Shown: positions 1-8,972 of the stretch, piece by piece
Position numbering within the stretch: the first letter of the stretch is position 1
How the letters are laid out: the number at the start of each line of letters is the position of its first letter
Assembly (NCBI GenBank): GCA_963725665.1
Contig: CAVRZA010000011.1
Location: 553,914 to 617,913 of the forward strand
DNA: 64,000 nucleotides
Direction: 5' to 3'
From: an uncultured Actinomycetes bacterium
GTDB lineage: Bacteria; Actinomycetota; Thermoleophilia; UBA2241
Position numbers and translations under genes: made by a program
Notes under the pieces: generated by a model
What the model was told of the DNA's origin: nothing
Database searches by the model: none
What the model saw: only the letters and a program-made list of their open reading frames with translations

Positions 1-1653
1 GAGGCCGAAGGCCGAGAACATGTGGCCGTTGAAGACGGGGTCGGCGTTGATCCTCGGATATTCCTGCAGCCACAGGTAGCCGTTCTTGTCGACGCTGACG
101 ATCCAGGGTGAGGACGAGGGCCCGGGGCGCAAGAAGCTGGCGAAGGTGCCCTGGGCGGCCTGCAGATAGATCGCCTTTCCCGTTGCTTCGTGCAGGCCGC
201 CGAAGAGCGCCATGCTGAGCCCATGTCCCATGGCCGAGCACCACGGCGGCGTCATCAACGGCCAGTCGAAGTCGTTGGGGTGGTACCACGCGCCTCCGAC
301 GAGGATCCTGCGTGCTATGAGGCGCTGCGCCTGCGCCTCGGCGCGTGCCAGGTAGAAGGGATCGTCCGTGAGAGTGTAGGAGGCGAGGTTCTGGAGACCG
401 TAGCTGGCCTGGGCGCTGACGTGGTTGTAGAGCTTGCCGCCGAACAGTGACAGGCGCACACCATGCTCGTCGTGCAAGCCGGTGTCGACTTTGGGAATGG
501 GCCCACCCATGTTCAGCAACGGATAGTCCGCGGGGGGGATGTCGCGCAGCGCTATGCCTGAGACGCGAAAGCGGAAGGGCAGCCTGATGCTCCAAGGTTC
601 CGTGACCTTGAGCCGGTTGCCGGCCACCGCGGTCTGCTGGTTGCCGGCGCCGTCGACGGCGTAGACGAAGAAGCGGTAGCTGCCCCTGGAGAGCCGGCAG
701 GCGAAGCTGGCTGTGAGGAGGGTGTTCACCGGCTTGGCGTGGTAGGTGAGGGTCTTCACCACCGTGCCGGCGCTGTTCCTGATCCTGATCGTCACCTCGG
801 CCGTGCCGCCGTTGGGCGCGGCATCGACCACCTTGTAGGCGAGGCTGGCGCTGCGGTAGCGCATGGCGCTGGCCGCCGAGGGCGCCCGGGTCGCCGGGCG
901 CACCGTGTCGATGCCGAAGCTGAGGCTCTCTGCGCCCTCCACGTTGCCAGCGTTGTCGGCAGAGCGGTAGAGGACGGTGTGGAGACCGTCGCCGGAGTGG
1001 TCTCTGGGCGCCGCCACCGTGAGCAGCGCGCCGCGCACCCAATCGGCGGCGTCGAGCTTGTACTCCGTGTAAGCGACGCTGCTGCCGGCGTCGGCGGCGG
1101 CGCTGAAGGTCAGCGTCAGAGGCGCCCTGTACCAGGTCGCGCCCTGGGCTCCCGCGGCTGTGGTGGCGGGTGGGGTGGTGTCGATCCTCACGTTCACGCT
1201 GCCCGGCGGGTCCTCGAGGTTGCCGGCGTTGTCGGCCGAGCGGAAGAGGACGGTGTGGAGACCGTCGCCGGAGTGGTCCGACGGCGCTGGCACGGTGGCC
1301 TGGGTGTCGCGCACCCAGTAGGCGCCGTCGAGCGAGTACTCCGTGTAGGCGACGCCGGTGCCCGTGTCGGTCGCCGTGAAGGTCACGGTGACGGGGGCGT
1401 TGTGCCACAAGTCGTCGGCGCCGCTAGCCACGGTCACCGGTGGGAGGGTGTCGTCCGCTGCGGCCGTCGCGACGTCGGTCGCCGCCGGCACGGAGGGGAC
1501 CGGTGACGTTATGGCGAGAGCAGGGGCGAGGTCGGCTCCGGGCGGTGGCCAGTCGGCTTGCGCCGTCTCGGCCGGAGAGACGGTCGCGAGCCCGGCCGTC
1601 ACGAAGACGGCCGCGAACAGTAAGAATCCCAGGACACGCGAGAACCCGGGCAC
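1..1653 (-). CDS. Secreted multidomain protein, partial (C-terminus beyond window start): signal peptide, two ~92-aa Ig-like repeats, a third Ig-like module, D-glucuronyl C5-epimerase-like C-terminal domain
   Basis: Absent from the ORF track because it runs off the window edge. My minus-strand translation from GTG 1653-1651 gives VPGFSRVLGFLLFAAVFVTAGLATVSPAETAQA (signal peptide). Two repeats follow, each with HSGDGLHTV(L/Y)(F/Y)RSADNAGN(L/V)E, with a 276-nt period at DNA level (about 962 vs 1238). Then comes ...PPWCSAMGHGLSMALF..., which resembles the C5-epimerase C-terminal family. The frame is open down to nt 1. Confidence 0.7.
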   Translation of the reverse strand, partial: MPGFSRVLGFLLFAAVFVTAGLATVSPAETAQADWPPPGADLAPALAITSPVPSVPAATDVATAAADDTLPPVTVASGADDLWHNAPVTVTFTATDTGTGVAYTEYSLDGAYWVRDTQATVPAPSDHSGDGLHTVLFRSADNAGNLEDPPGSVNVRIDTTPPATTAAGAQGATWYRAPLTLTFSAAADAGSSVAYTEYKLDAADWVRGALLTVAAPRDHSGDGLHTVLYRSADNAGNVEGAESLSFGIDTVRPATRAPSAASAMRYRSASLAYKVVDAAPNGGTAEVTIRIRNSAGTVVKTLTYHAKPVNTLLTASFACRLSRGSYRFFVYAVDGAGNQQTAVAGNRLKVTEPWSIRLPFRFRVSGIALRDIPPADYPLLNMGGPIPKVDTGLHDEHGVRLSLFGGKLYNHVSAQASYGLQNLASYTLTDDPFYLARAEAQAQRLIARRILVGGAWYHPNDFDWPLMTPPWCSAMGHGLSMALFGGLHEATGKAIYLQAAQGTFASFLRPGPSSSPWIVSVDKNGYLWLQEYPRINADPVFNGHMFSAFGL

Positions 1654-1771
1654 CCCCCACCTCCAGTCGCTGCCATCATGCTACCCAAGCGAGGATGATA
1701 GGACAAATCGGAGGGGACGCGGCGGGCGCCCACGCGTCGCGTTTTGGGCGCCGAGGCGGGCCCGAGGCTTC

Positions 1772-2644
1772 TCAGGAGATGCTCGTCCAGCTCCAGCCGG
1801 AGTCGTGTGCGCTCAACCGGCCAAGGCCGGGGAAGGGGAAGTGGAACGCGTGGATGAGGCAATCCCCGCCGGCGGCCTGCGCCAAGAACGCCCGCCGCGT
1901 CTGTTCGACGAGGGCGGGGTCGGAGTCGACGACGGAGTACCACTCGGGGTGCGCCACGTGCAGCGGGTGAAGGACGAGGTCGCCGACGACAAGGAGCCGC
2001 TGGGAGCGCGACGACAGCTCCACCGCGAGGTGGCCGGGCGTGTGACCGGGCGCCGACAGGTAGCGCACGCCGCTGGCCAGTTCGCCTTCATCGTGGATGA
2101 GCTCGAGGCACTGCTGGAGCTTAGGGAGCGTCTGACGCGCGAAACCGAGCAGGAACGCCCCGGTCTCGCCGGGCAACGCCCCTTCCGCCTCGCCTTCCAT
2201 CCAGAAGTCCCACTCACTCCTCGACAGCAGGACGCGCGCCGCCGGGAAGACGGGCGAACCGGCACGATCGATCAGGCCGCCGATGTGGTCCGGGTGGCCG
2301 TGTGTGAGGATCACGACGTCGATGTCCGACGGAGCGACGCCGGCGCTGGCGAGGTTCTCGACCAGCCGCCCCGTGCCCGGGTCGAGATCGCCGGCGCCGG
2401 CGTCGACCAGGATCCGCTGTGTGCCCATGTCGACCAGGAGGCAGGTGCACTCTTCGGTCCACTGCGTCCAGGGCAGAGTCTCCCCTGCCTTCTCGACGGC
2501 CGCGTCGACTTCGGCCTGGGGAGCGTTCGCGAACAGCACGGTGGCCGGGGACGGATCGTCCGGTGGTCCCCAGATCAATGCCCCGTCGCTGACGGCGATA
2601 CAGTCGAGCTCCCCTACCGCGAAGCGATAGTGTCCTTGTGCCAC
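1772..2644 (-). CDS. MBL-fold metallo-hydrolase
   Basis: Track ORF 1772..2725 carries the HxHxDH motif (ILTHGHPDHIGG) and a later HTPGH. I trimmed the start to GTG 2644 because AAGGAGG lies 6 nt upstream. Confidence 0.85.
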   Translation of the reverse strand: MAQGHYRFAVGELDCIAVSDGALIWGPPDDPSPATVLFANAPQAEVDAAVEKAGETLPWTQWTEECTCLLVDMGTQRILVDAGAGDLDPGTGRLVENLASAGVAPSDIDVVILTHGHPDHIGGLIDRAGSPVFPAARVLLSRSEWDFWMEGEAEGALPGETGAFLLGFARQTLPKLQQCLELIHDEGELASGVRYLSAPGHTPGHLAVELSSRSQRLLVVGDLVLHPLHVAHPEWYSVVDSDPALVEQTRRAFLAQAAGGDCLIHAFHFPFPGLGRLSAHDSGWSWTSIS

Positions 2645-2783
2645 TGACTGCCTCCTTTTCACGACGGCTCTCATGAGGTGATTGTAGCGCCGGCGCAGGG
2701 CGGGCCCTCTGCGTCCCGACTCCATCGGCGCGGGCTGGGCTCGGTGTGCCCGCGACGCTGGGACGAGAAGCTCAGCGCACCTT

Positions 2784-3392
2784 CTAGCCGGCTTGCGTCT
2801 GGTCCTCTAGCCGCCTTCGCCAAGCCGTGAGGGTCTCTGGGTCGTAGCGCGACAGGCGGTCGCCGATCACCTCACTGTGCGCCCGTCGCTGCGGCTGCAG
2901 GTGTACGGCATCGCGGCCGGCGTACACGAGGAAGTCGGCGATCATGGAGCGATGGCAGCGCCACCAGAGAGCTTCGGCGCACATGATGGCGACGTCGCGC
3001 GCGGCCCCGGCCTCGATAAGCTCGAGGGCCACGCGCAGGAACTCCTCGCTCGCCATGTGTCGCTCGTAGGCGGCGAAGCCGCTCTCGCTCCAGGCGTTCG
3101 GGTCGCGCAGCGTGAACGGCTCCGCGGGCGAGTCGGGCGCCCGGTGGGGGTGCTGGGCGGATGGGTCGGGGCGCTGGGCGGGCGGCGCTCGGCGTCGCCC
3201 GCCCAGCGCCCCGACCCAGCGGTACTCGATCCCCGCCGCTGGCAGCCACTCCTCGAGCTGCTCCCTCCGGAACCACTCGAAGCGCGAGACCGGGAAGGAG
3301 CGCACGTCCCACACGAGGCCGACGGGCACGGTGCGCAGCATGTCGAGGAACGCGTCTCGGTCGAGGTTCGAATGACCTACGGTGAAGATCAC
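2784..3392 (-). CDS. DUF488 family protein
   Basis: The last 203 codons of track ORF 2784..4520 read IVIFTVGHSN...WDVRSFP...MCAEALWWRCHR, typical of DUF488. GTG 3392 is preceded by GGAAGG. The upstream 375 codons of that track ORF are Arg/Ala-rich and antisense to the next gene. Confidence 0.8.
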   Translation of the reverse strand: MIFTVGHSNLDRDAFLDMLRTVPVGLVWDVRSFPVSRFEWFRREQLEEWLPAAGIEYRWVGALGGRRRAPPAQRPDPSAQHPHRAPDSPAEPFTLRDPNAWSESGFAAYERHMASEEFLRVALELIEAGAARDVAIMCAEALWWRCHRSMIADFLVYAGRDAVHLQPQRRAHSEVIGDRLSRYDPETLTAWRRRLEDQTQAG

Positions 3393-3506
3393 AATCGGCG
3401 CCTTCCGGGGAATAGCTGCACAACGAATCTCATGACAGGTTCTCGCATGCGGGCCCGCGGGGCAAACCCGGGCGCTGGCAGCGGGACAACGGAGGACGGT
3501 GGCTCC

Positions 3507-4412
3507 ATGACAGAGAACGGGACGGTACTTGTAGCAGGCGCCGACACGCGCCACGGACGGGCGTACACGCTGGCTTTCTTCGCCGGCGGCTATCGGGTCG
3601 GGGCGCTTGTCGCCGAGGCCTCTGCGGCGCGCCCCGGTCAGGCCGGGCAAGCTGCGCTGGCGGCGGCGCTCGGCGCCGAGCCCGTGACGGCCGACCTCAG
3701 CGACGCCGCGGCGCTGCGACGCTTGCTGAAAGGTGTGGACGCCGTAGTGATCGCCCTCGACGGGCGCGGCGTCGAAGGACGCACGGTCGAGGAGCGCACG
3801 ACACGGGCCCTGGTCGACGCCGCCGCTGCCGAGCGGGTGGCCATCCTGTACTCGTCGTTGCTGCACGCAGAGTGGCAGACGGGTGTGCCGGCGCTCGACT
3901 TGAAGGGGCGCCTCGAGCTCGTGGCGCGCCGCTCGGGTGCGCCGGTGACGATCCTGCGCCCGGGCATGCTCATGGACGTCTTCGACGACCCGGGCATGCG
4001 CGAGCGCGCGACGAGCGACGGCGTGCTGGCGAGCGCCATCGCCGTCGACACCGCCGTGTCGTACCTGGCCGCCGACGACCTGGGCCTGCTCGCGGTGCTT
4101 GCTCTCGAGATCTTCGGCCGCGCGGGCGCGACGCTCGATCTCGGCGGCCCGGAGGCCCTGACATTCCGCGAGCTGATCCCGCGGCTCTGGGGCATGACGG
4201 GTCACAGTGTCACCTACGAGCAGCTTCCCCTGGACGAGGTGCGGGCGCGCTCGGGCCAGGAGGAGGCGCTGCTCGTCCAGCATGTCAACGGCGTTGGGTA
4301 CGCGGTGGACATGCGCCAGCTGCTCGAGCGGGTCCCGCTGCGTCTCGCGACGCTGACCGACTACCTGGCTGCGAGGGGCTGGGCGACGCGCGTCGAGCGC
4401 GTCGCGGCGTAG
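3507..4412 (+). CDS. NmrA-like / SDR-type NAD(P)-binding protein
   Basis: ATG 3507 is preceded by GGAGGACGG. The N-terminus TVLVAGADTRHG is a Rossmann-type loop. This is the C-terminal 301 codons of track ORF 2877..4412. Confidence 0.75.
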   Translation: MTENGTVLVAGADTRHGRAYTLAFFAGGYRVGALVAEASAARPGQAGQAALAAALGAEPVTADLSDAAALRRLLKGVDAVVIALDGRGVEGRTVEERTTRALVDAAAAERVAILYSSLLHAEWQTGVPALDLKGRLELVARRSGAPVTILRPGMLMDVFDDPGMRERATSDGVLASAIAVDTAVSYLAADDLGLLAVLALEIFGRAGATLDLGGPEALTFRELIPRLWGMTGHSVTYEQLPLDEVRARSGQEEALLVQHVNGVGYAVDMRQLLERVPLRLATLTDYLAARGWATRVERVAA

Positions 4413-4470
4413 CTGCGTGCGCCGTCCCGGGTCCGAGCGGCGGGTCCCCGAGGCGCCCTGATAGGATGTG

Positions 4471-4509
4471 GCGCGCCGGCCGGCGGCGCTAGGCCGCCGG
4501 CCGGCGCGC
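4471..4509 (+). terminator. GC-rich perfect hairpin (17-bp stem, 5-nt loop) after the NmrA-like gene
   Basis: GCGCGCCGGCCGGCGGC-gctag-GCCGCCGGCCGGCGCGC. There is no U-tract. Confidence 0.5.
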
Positions 4510-4531
4510 CGCGTCGTCACGGGGGTCGCCG

Positions 4532-5692
4532 ATGAAGATCACGCCGTTCGCCATCGAGCGCTACTTCGCGCGCTACGAGTTCAGCGCCCGCTACCTCCTC
4601 TCCAGCTCCGATTGCGAAGCCCTGACGCAGGCGGAGGTCCTCGAGCGAGCCGACGCGGAGACGAAGGAGCTGTGGGGCCGCCTTAGCCTCGGCTACACCG
4701 AGTCGCCCGGTCTTCCGCTTCTGCGTCGGGAGATCGCCGGACTCTACGAGGGCGTTCTACCCAACGAGGTCCTCGAGGTCGTCCCCGAGGAGGGCATCCT
4801 GCTGGCCATGAGGGTGCTGCTCGAGCCGGGTGACCATGTCGTGGCGACCTTCCCGGGGTATCAGTCGCTCTACCAGCTCGCCGCCGACATGGGCTGTGAG
4901 GTGAGCTTCTGGCGACCGGAGGAACGAGACGACGGCTGGCATTTCGGCCTCGACGGACTGCGGGGTGTGCTGCGTCCAGCGACGAAGCTCGTCGTCGTCA
5001 ACTTCCCCCACAACCCCACCGGGGCGCTGCCCTCAGCCGACGAGTTCGCCGCCCTCGTCGAGCTGGTAGCCGAGAGCGGCGCGCGCCTCTTCTGCGACGA
5101 GATGTACCGCTTTCTCGAGCTCGATGCGGGAGGCCGTTTGCCGTCGGCCGTCGAGCTCTCGGCGCGCGCCGTCGCGCTCTGCGGCCTCTCGAAATCCTTC
5201 GCCGCCCCCGGTCTGCGTCTCGGCTGGCTGGTCACGCACGACGCCGAGTTGCTCGCCCGTCTGGCCGTCGCCAAGGACTACTCGACCATCTGCGCCGGCG
5301 CCCCGAGCGAGATCCTGGGCGTGATGGTTCTGCGCGACCGCGAACGCGTGCTGGCGCGCAACCTGGAGCTGGTGGGCGCGAACGCGGCGGCCTTCGAGGA
5401 CTTCGCCCGTCGTCACGCCGACCTCGTGACCTGGGCACCGCCCCGCGCAGGCTCGATAGCCTTCCCGCGTCTGGCGACGCCCGAGGGCACGGCCGGCTTC
5501 TGCACCCGACTGGTCGAGGAGACCGGCGTCATGATCCTGCCGGCGACAGTCTTCGATTACGACGACGCCCACGTGCGCATCGGCCTCGGCCGCGCGCCGT
5601 TCAGAGAAGGGCTGGCCGTCCTCGAGGAGTGGCTTGCCGCCCGGGGCTCGCCCCAAGGCGCCGGCAGCGGGCCTCCCGAAAGCGTTGGCTGA
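4532..5692 (+). CDS. PLP-dependent aminotransferase, class I/II
   Basis: 386-aa ORF with FPHNPTGA and the Schiff-base lysine context GLSKSFAAPGLRLGW. Confidence 0.9.
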   Translation: MKITPFAIERYFARYEFSARYLLSSSDCEALTQAEVLERADAETKELWGRLSLGYTESPGLPLLRREIAGLYEGVLPNEVLEVVPEEGILLAMRVLLEPGDHVVATFPGYQSLYQLAADMGCEVSFWRPEERDDGWHFGLDGLRGVLRPATKLVVVNFPHNPTGALPSADEFAALVELVAESGARLFCDEMYRFLELDAGGRLPSAVELSARAVALCGLSKSFAAPGLRLGWLVTHDAELLARLAVAKDYSTICAGAPSEILGVMVLRDRERVLARNLELVGANAAAFEDFARRHADLVTWAPPRAGSIAFPRLATPEGTAGFCTRLVEETGVMILPATVFDYDDAHVRIGLGRAPFREGLAVLEEWLAARGSPQGAGSGPPESVG

Positions 5693-5695
5693 GGC

Positions 5696-7138
5696 GTGGT
5701 GAGGGTGAGCGAGACAGGATCCAGCCCGGCGGCACGGCTGAGGGTCTGGGGCGAGGACGCTTGCCGCCGTGTGCACGAGACGACGCTGCGGCTTCTCGCC
5801 CAGACCGGCGTCGAGATGCACCACGCCGAGGCGCGCGAGCTGTGCCGCGCGGCCGGGGCGCGCGTCGAGGGCACCCGCGTGCGCCTGCCGCGCGATCTCG
5901 TCGAGCGCTCCTTGGATGCGGCGCCGAAGTCGTGCGTGCTGCCCGGGCGGGGGGCGGGCGCGCCGCCGCTGGTCCTCGAGCAGGGCCATTCCTACTTCGG
6001 CACTGGGCCCGACTGCCTCTACGTCTGCGATCTCGACAGCGGAGAGCGGCGCCGCGCCCGCCTCTCCGACGTGACGGCCGCCGCCGCGCTGTGCGAGAAG
6101 CTGCCGCAGATCGACTTCGTCATGTCGATGGCCCTGCCCGAGGATATCGAGGGCGACGTCGTCGACCTGGCGCAGCTCGCCGCCATGCTGGCCGCCACGA
6201 GCAAGCCGATCGTCGTCTCGAGTCCCTTCGGCGGCGAGTCGCTGCCGGTGATGCGCGAGATGGCGGCGATCTGTGGCGAGGCAGGCAGCTTCGCCTGCCT
6301 CGCCATGACCTCGCCGCCGCTCAGCATCGACGAGGTCGCCGCCGACAAGACCATCGCCTGCGCGCGACTCGGCGTACCGCTGGTGATGTCTACAGCGCCT
6401 TCGGCCGGCTCGACCGGGCCGGCTTCACTACCCGCTTTGGTCCTCATCAGCAACGCTGAGATCCTCGCAGCGTTGGTGCTCCACCAGCTCGCGTCGCCCG
6501 GGGCGCCCTTCGTCTACGGCGCCGGTGTCGGGGTGATGAACATGCGCACCGGCACCGATCCCTACGTGCCGCCCGGGTCCTGGCTCGGTGACCAGGCGGG
6601 CTGTGACCTGGCCGCCTTCTACAGCCTGCCGAGCTGGGCGTACGCGTTCTGCTCCGACAGCAAGGTCCTCGACGAGCAGTGGGCGCTCGAGGCTGGCATC
6701 GCCGCGATCCTCGGCGCCGCCTCGCGGGCGACGCTGCTGCACGACGTCGGCTACCTCGAGACCGGGTTGCAGGCCTCTCTCGAGGCGATCGTCCTCGGCA
6801 ACGAGGTGGCCGGCTACGCGCGCGCCTTCCTCCAGGAGCTACCGGTCGACGAGGAGGCGCTGCTGGTCGACGAGATCGCCGCCGTCGGGCCTGGAGGCGC
6901 GCATCTGAGCCGCCCCTTCACACGCGCACACTATCGCGACTTCTGGCAGGCGGAGCTGCTCGATCAGTCCGCGCACGAACGCTGGCTTGCGAGTGGAGGA
7001 CAGACGCTCCGCGAGCGGCTCCGCGCCCGGACGCGCGAGCTCTGCTCCTCGCCGCCCGCCTTCTCGCTCGACGCTTCGGTCAGAGAGCGTGTCGACCGCC
7101 TCGTGAAGGAACGGGTCCGGCGAGCGCCGACCCGGTAG
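5696..7138 (+). CDS. Trimethylamine methyltransferase (MttB) superfamily protein, non-pyrrolysine type
   Basis: 480-aa ORF starting at GTG 4 nt after the upstream stop. Overall resemblance to the MttB family (recognised by eye). No in-frame TAG. Confidence 0.8.
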   Translation: MVRVSETGSSPAARLRVWGEDACRRVHETTLRLLAQTGVEMHHAEARELCRAAGARVEGTRVRLPRDLVERSLDAAPKSCVLPGRGAGAPPLVLEQGHSYFGTGPDCLYVCDLDSGERRRARLSDVTAAAALCEKLPQIDFVMSMALPEDIEGDVVDLAQLAAMLAATSKPIVVSSPFGGESLPVMREMAAICGEAGSFACLAMTSPPLSIDEVAADKTIACARLGVPLVMSTAPSAGSTGPASLPALVLISNAEILAALVLHQLASPGAPFVYGAGVGVMNMRTGTDPYVPPGSWLGDQAGCDLAAFYSLPSWAYAFCSDSKVLDEQWALEAGIAAILGAASRATLLHDVGYLETGLQASLEAIVLGNEVAGYARAFLQELPVDEEALLVDEIAAVGPGGAHLSRPFTRAHYRDFWQAELLDQSAHERWLASGGQTLRERLRARTRELCSSPPAFSLDASVRERVDRLVKERVRRAPTR

Positions 7139-7240
7139 GGGTCCGTCGCGCCGGGCGTCTGAGGCGCCGCACAAGGACCTGCGAACCTCGTTCATGGAGC
7201 GGGCGTCTCTCCGACAGGTACTCACGTTGGGAGGCAGGCC

Positions 7241-7652
7241 ATGAAGAGACTGATTGTGATCATCGCCGTAGCGGCCGTCGCGGGAGCGGGCGTCGCGCTG
7301 TGGTTCGTTCTCGCCGGCCATGAGAGCGACGCAGGGGGGATCCCGGTCACGCCCGGACCGGCCTTGCAGTTCGACGTGCGCGGAGTGGTGAGCAATGTCA
7401 GCGCCGACCCGTCGGGCCCGGGTGGCGCCTTCCTGGTGAGGGGGACGCCCCTCGGCCAGTCAGGAGTCGACTATGCGTCGGTGCGCGTCACGCCCGACAC
7501 CCGCATCTACGTGGAGTCGGGCGGCTCGCTGGCTCCCGCCGGCTTCGCCGCCCTCAGGGACGGTCAGACGGTGAAGGTGGATCTCGTGGGGCCGGTGGCC
7601 GAGTCCTACCCGGTCCAGGCGCTCCGCTGGGACCATCGTGATCCTCGAGTGA
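7241..7652 (+). CDS. Membrane-anchored or secreted hypothetical protein, probable 1-nt indel near 7629-7631
   Basis: N-terminal TM/signal sequence MKRLIVIIAVAAVAGAGVALWFVLAG. After ...SYPVQALRW the track frame turns into Arg-rich junk and overlaps trkA by 95 nt. Removing one G of the GGG run gives ...TIVILE-stop at 7650-7652. Confidence 0.5.
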
Positions 7653-7670
7653 CCGGCCGACCGGGCCCGT

Positions 7671-8321
7671 CTACGAGAGGTCGTCGAGGCGGCACACGGC
7701 CCCGGGGCTCGTCACGACGAGAAGGACGTCGCCGACCTCGATGCGCACGTCGGGTCCCGGCATGACGACCTCAGCGCCGCGCAGGATCGCTGCCGCATTG
7801 CAGCCTTGCGGGACGTGCAGCTCGGTCATCGACTTGCCGGCGAGAGTGCCGCCGTCGCTCGCCGTCACCGCGCTTACGGTGATCTCGCCCTCGCCGAGGC
7901 TCAGCAGCTCGACGATGTCGCTCAGCTTCGCCTCCTCTTCGATGAGGCTGGCGACGATCTGCGCCGAGTCGATGGCGACGTCGACCCCCCAGCTGCGGTT
8001 GTAGAGCCAGCGGTTGCGCGGGTTGCGCACCGCGGCGATGACCTTCTTGACCTTGTACTCGTTCTTGGCCAGCAGGGAAGCGACCAGGTTGTCCTCGTCG
8101 TGACCCGTCGCCGCGATCAGCACGTCGGCCCGATCGACGCCGGCCGCGAGCAGAATGTACGGCTCGTCGGCGTCGCCGTTGACGACCTCGCAGCCGAGCT
8201 CCTCCCTGAGGGCGTTGGCGCGCGCCTCGTCCTGCTCGATGACGACTACGGTGTGGATCGGGTTGAGGATCTGGCTGACCCTGCGGCCCAGCTTGCCGGC
8301 GCCGGCGATCACGACTCTCAT
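7671..8321 (-). CDS. trkA: TrkA-family K+ transport regulatory protein (TrkA-N + TrkA-C)
   Basis: MRVVIAGAGKLGRRV (Rossmann loop) followed by a C-terminal TrkA-C-like segment. ATG 8321 overlaps the upstream stop (ATGA). Confidence 0.85.
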   Translation of the reverse strand: MRVVIAGAGKLGRRVSQILNPIHTVVVIEQDEARANALREELGCEVVNGDADEPYILLAAGVDRADVLIAATGHDEDNLVASLLAKNEYKVKKVIAAVRNPRNRWLYNRSWGVDVAIDSAQIVASLIEEEAKLSDIVELLSLGEGEITVSAVTASDGGTLAGKSMTELHVPQGCNAAAILRGAEVVMPGPDVRIEVGDVLLVVTSPGAVCRLDDLS

Positions 8322-8972
8322 GACTTCCACCCCATCATCTTCTGGAACCTGTCGACGGCGCTCTGGTGCACGACCACGTGGACCTGGTCTTCCTCCTCGA
8401 TGAGCGTGCCCGAGACGGGGATCATGCCCCTCCCCTTGCGCACGATGAGCGCGACGCGGATCTCGCCCGGCACGCGCAGGTCGTTGATCGGCTTGCCGAC
8501 CAGGTGAGGCCGGGGCCCACGCCGACATGAGCTGCACCTCGCCGTTGCCGAAGGCGATCTCGCGCTCGAGCTGCTCGCTGGTGAGGAACTCGATGATCTT
8601 GCCAGCACTCCAGGCGGTGGGCGCGAAGGTGGTCACGCCGTAGCGGCGGTAGATCTCGGCCCGCTGCGGGTCGTAGATGCGCGCCACGACGTCGGGCACA
8701 CGGTAGACCTCCTTGGCCACGCGCGCGACGATGATGTTGGTGTTGTCGCCGCTCGTCACCGCGACAAGGCCGTCGGCGCGCTCGATGTCGGCCTCCTCGA
8801 GGATCGTCCTGTCGTAGCTCATGCCCTCAAGCTGCTTGCCGGCGAAGGTTCGCGGCAGTAGTCGGAAGGCGTTCGCGTTGCGGTCGATGACCACGACGCT
8901 GTGGCCTTCGCGGTTCAAGCTGGCGGCGGCGGAGGCGCCGACGCGCCCACACCCGACGATGATCACGTGCAT
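8318..8972 (-). pseudogene. trkA: TrkA-family protein with the reading frame broken once (about 8511-8518)
   Basis: MHVIIVGCGRVGAS..., with AAGGAGG upstream of ATG 8972. The frame switches at the GGGGCCC run. The C-terminus HLVGKPINDLRVPGEIRVALIVRKG... continues in track ORF 8318..8608. The span is 655 nt, which is not a multiple of 3. Confidence 0.8.

Noticed and set aside
2784-4520. 578-aa minus ORF and the 511-aa plus ORF 2877..4412, which seem to be long overlapping genes
   Set aside because: Only the 3' 203 codons (DUF488) and the 3' 301 codons (NmrA-like) read as protein. The remainder is Arg/Ala/Gly-rich antisense translation, typical of high-GC DNA.
5696-7138. Pyrrolysine (in-frame TAG) in the MttB-family gene
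   Set aside because: The ORF is continuous for 480 codons with no internal TAG.
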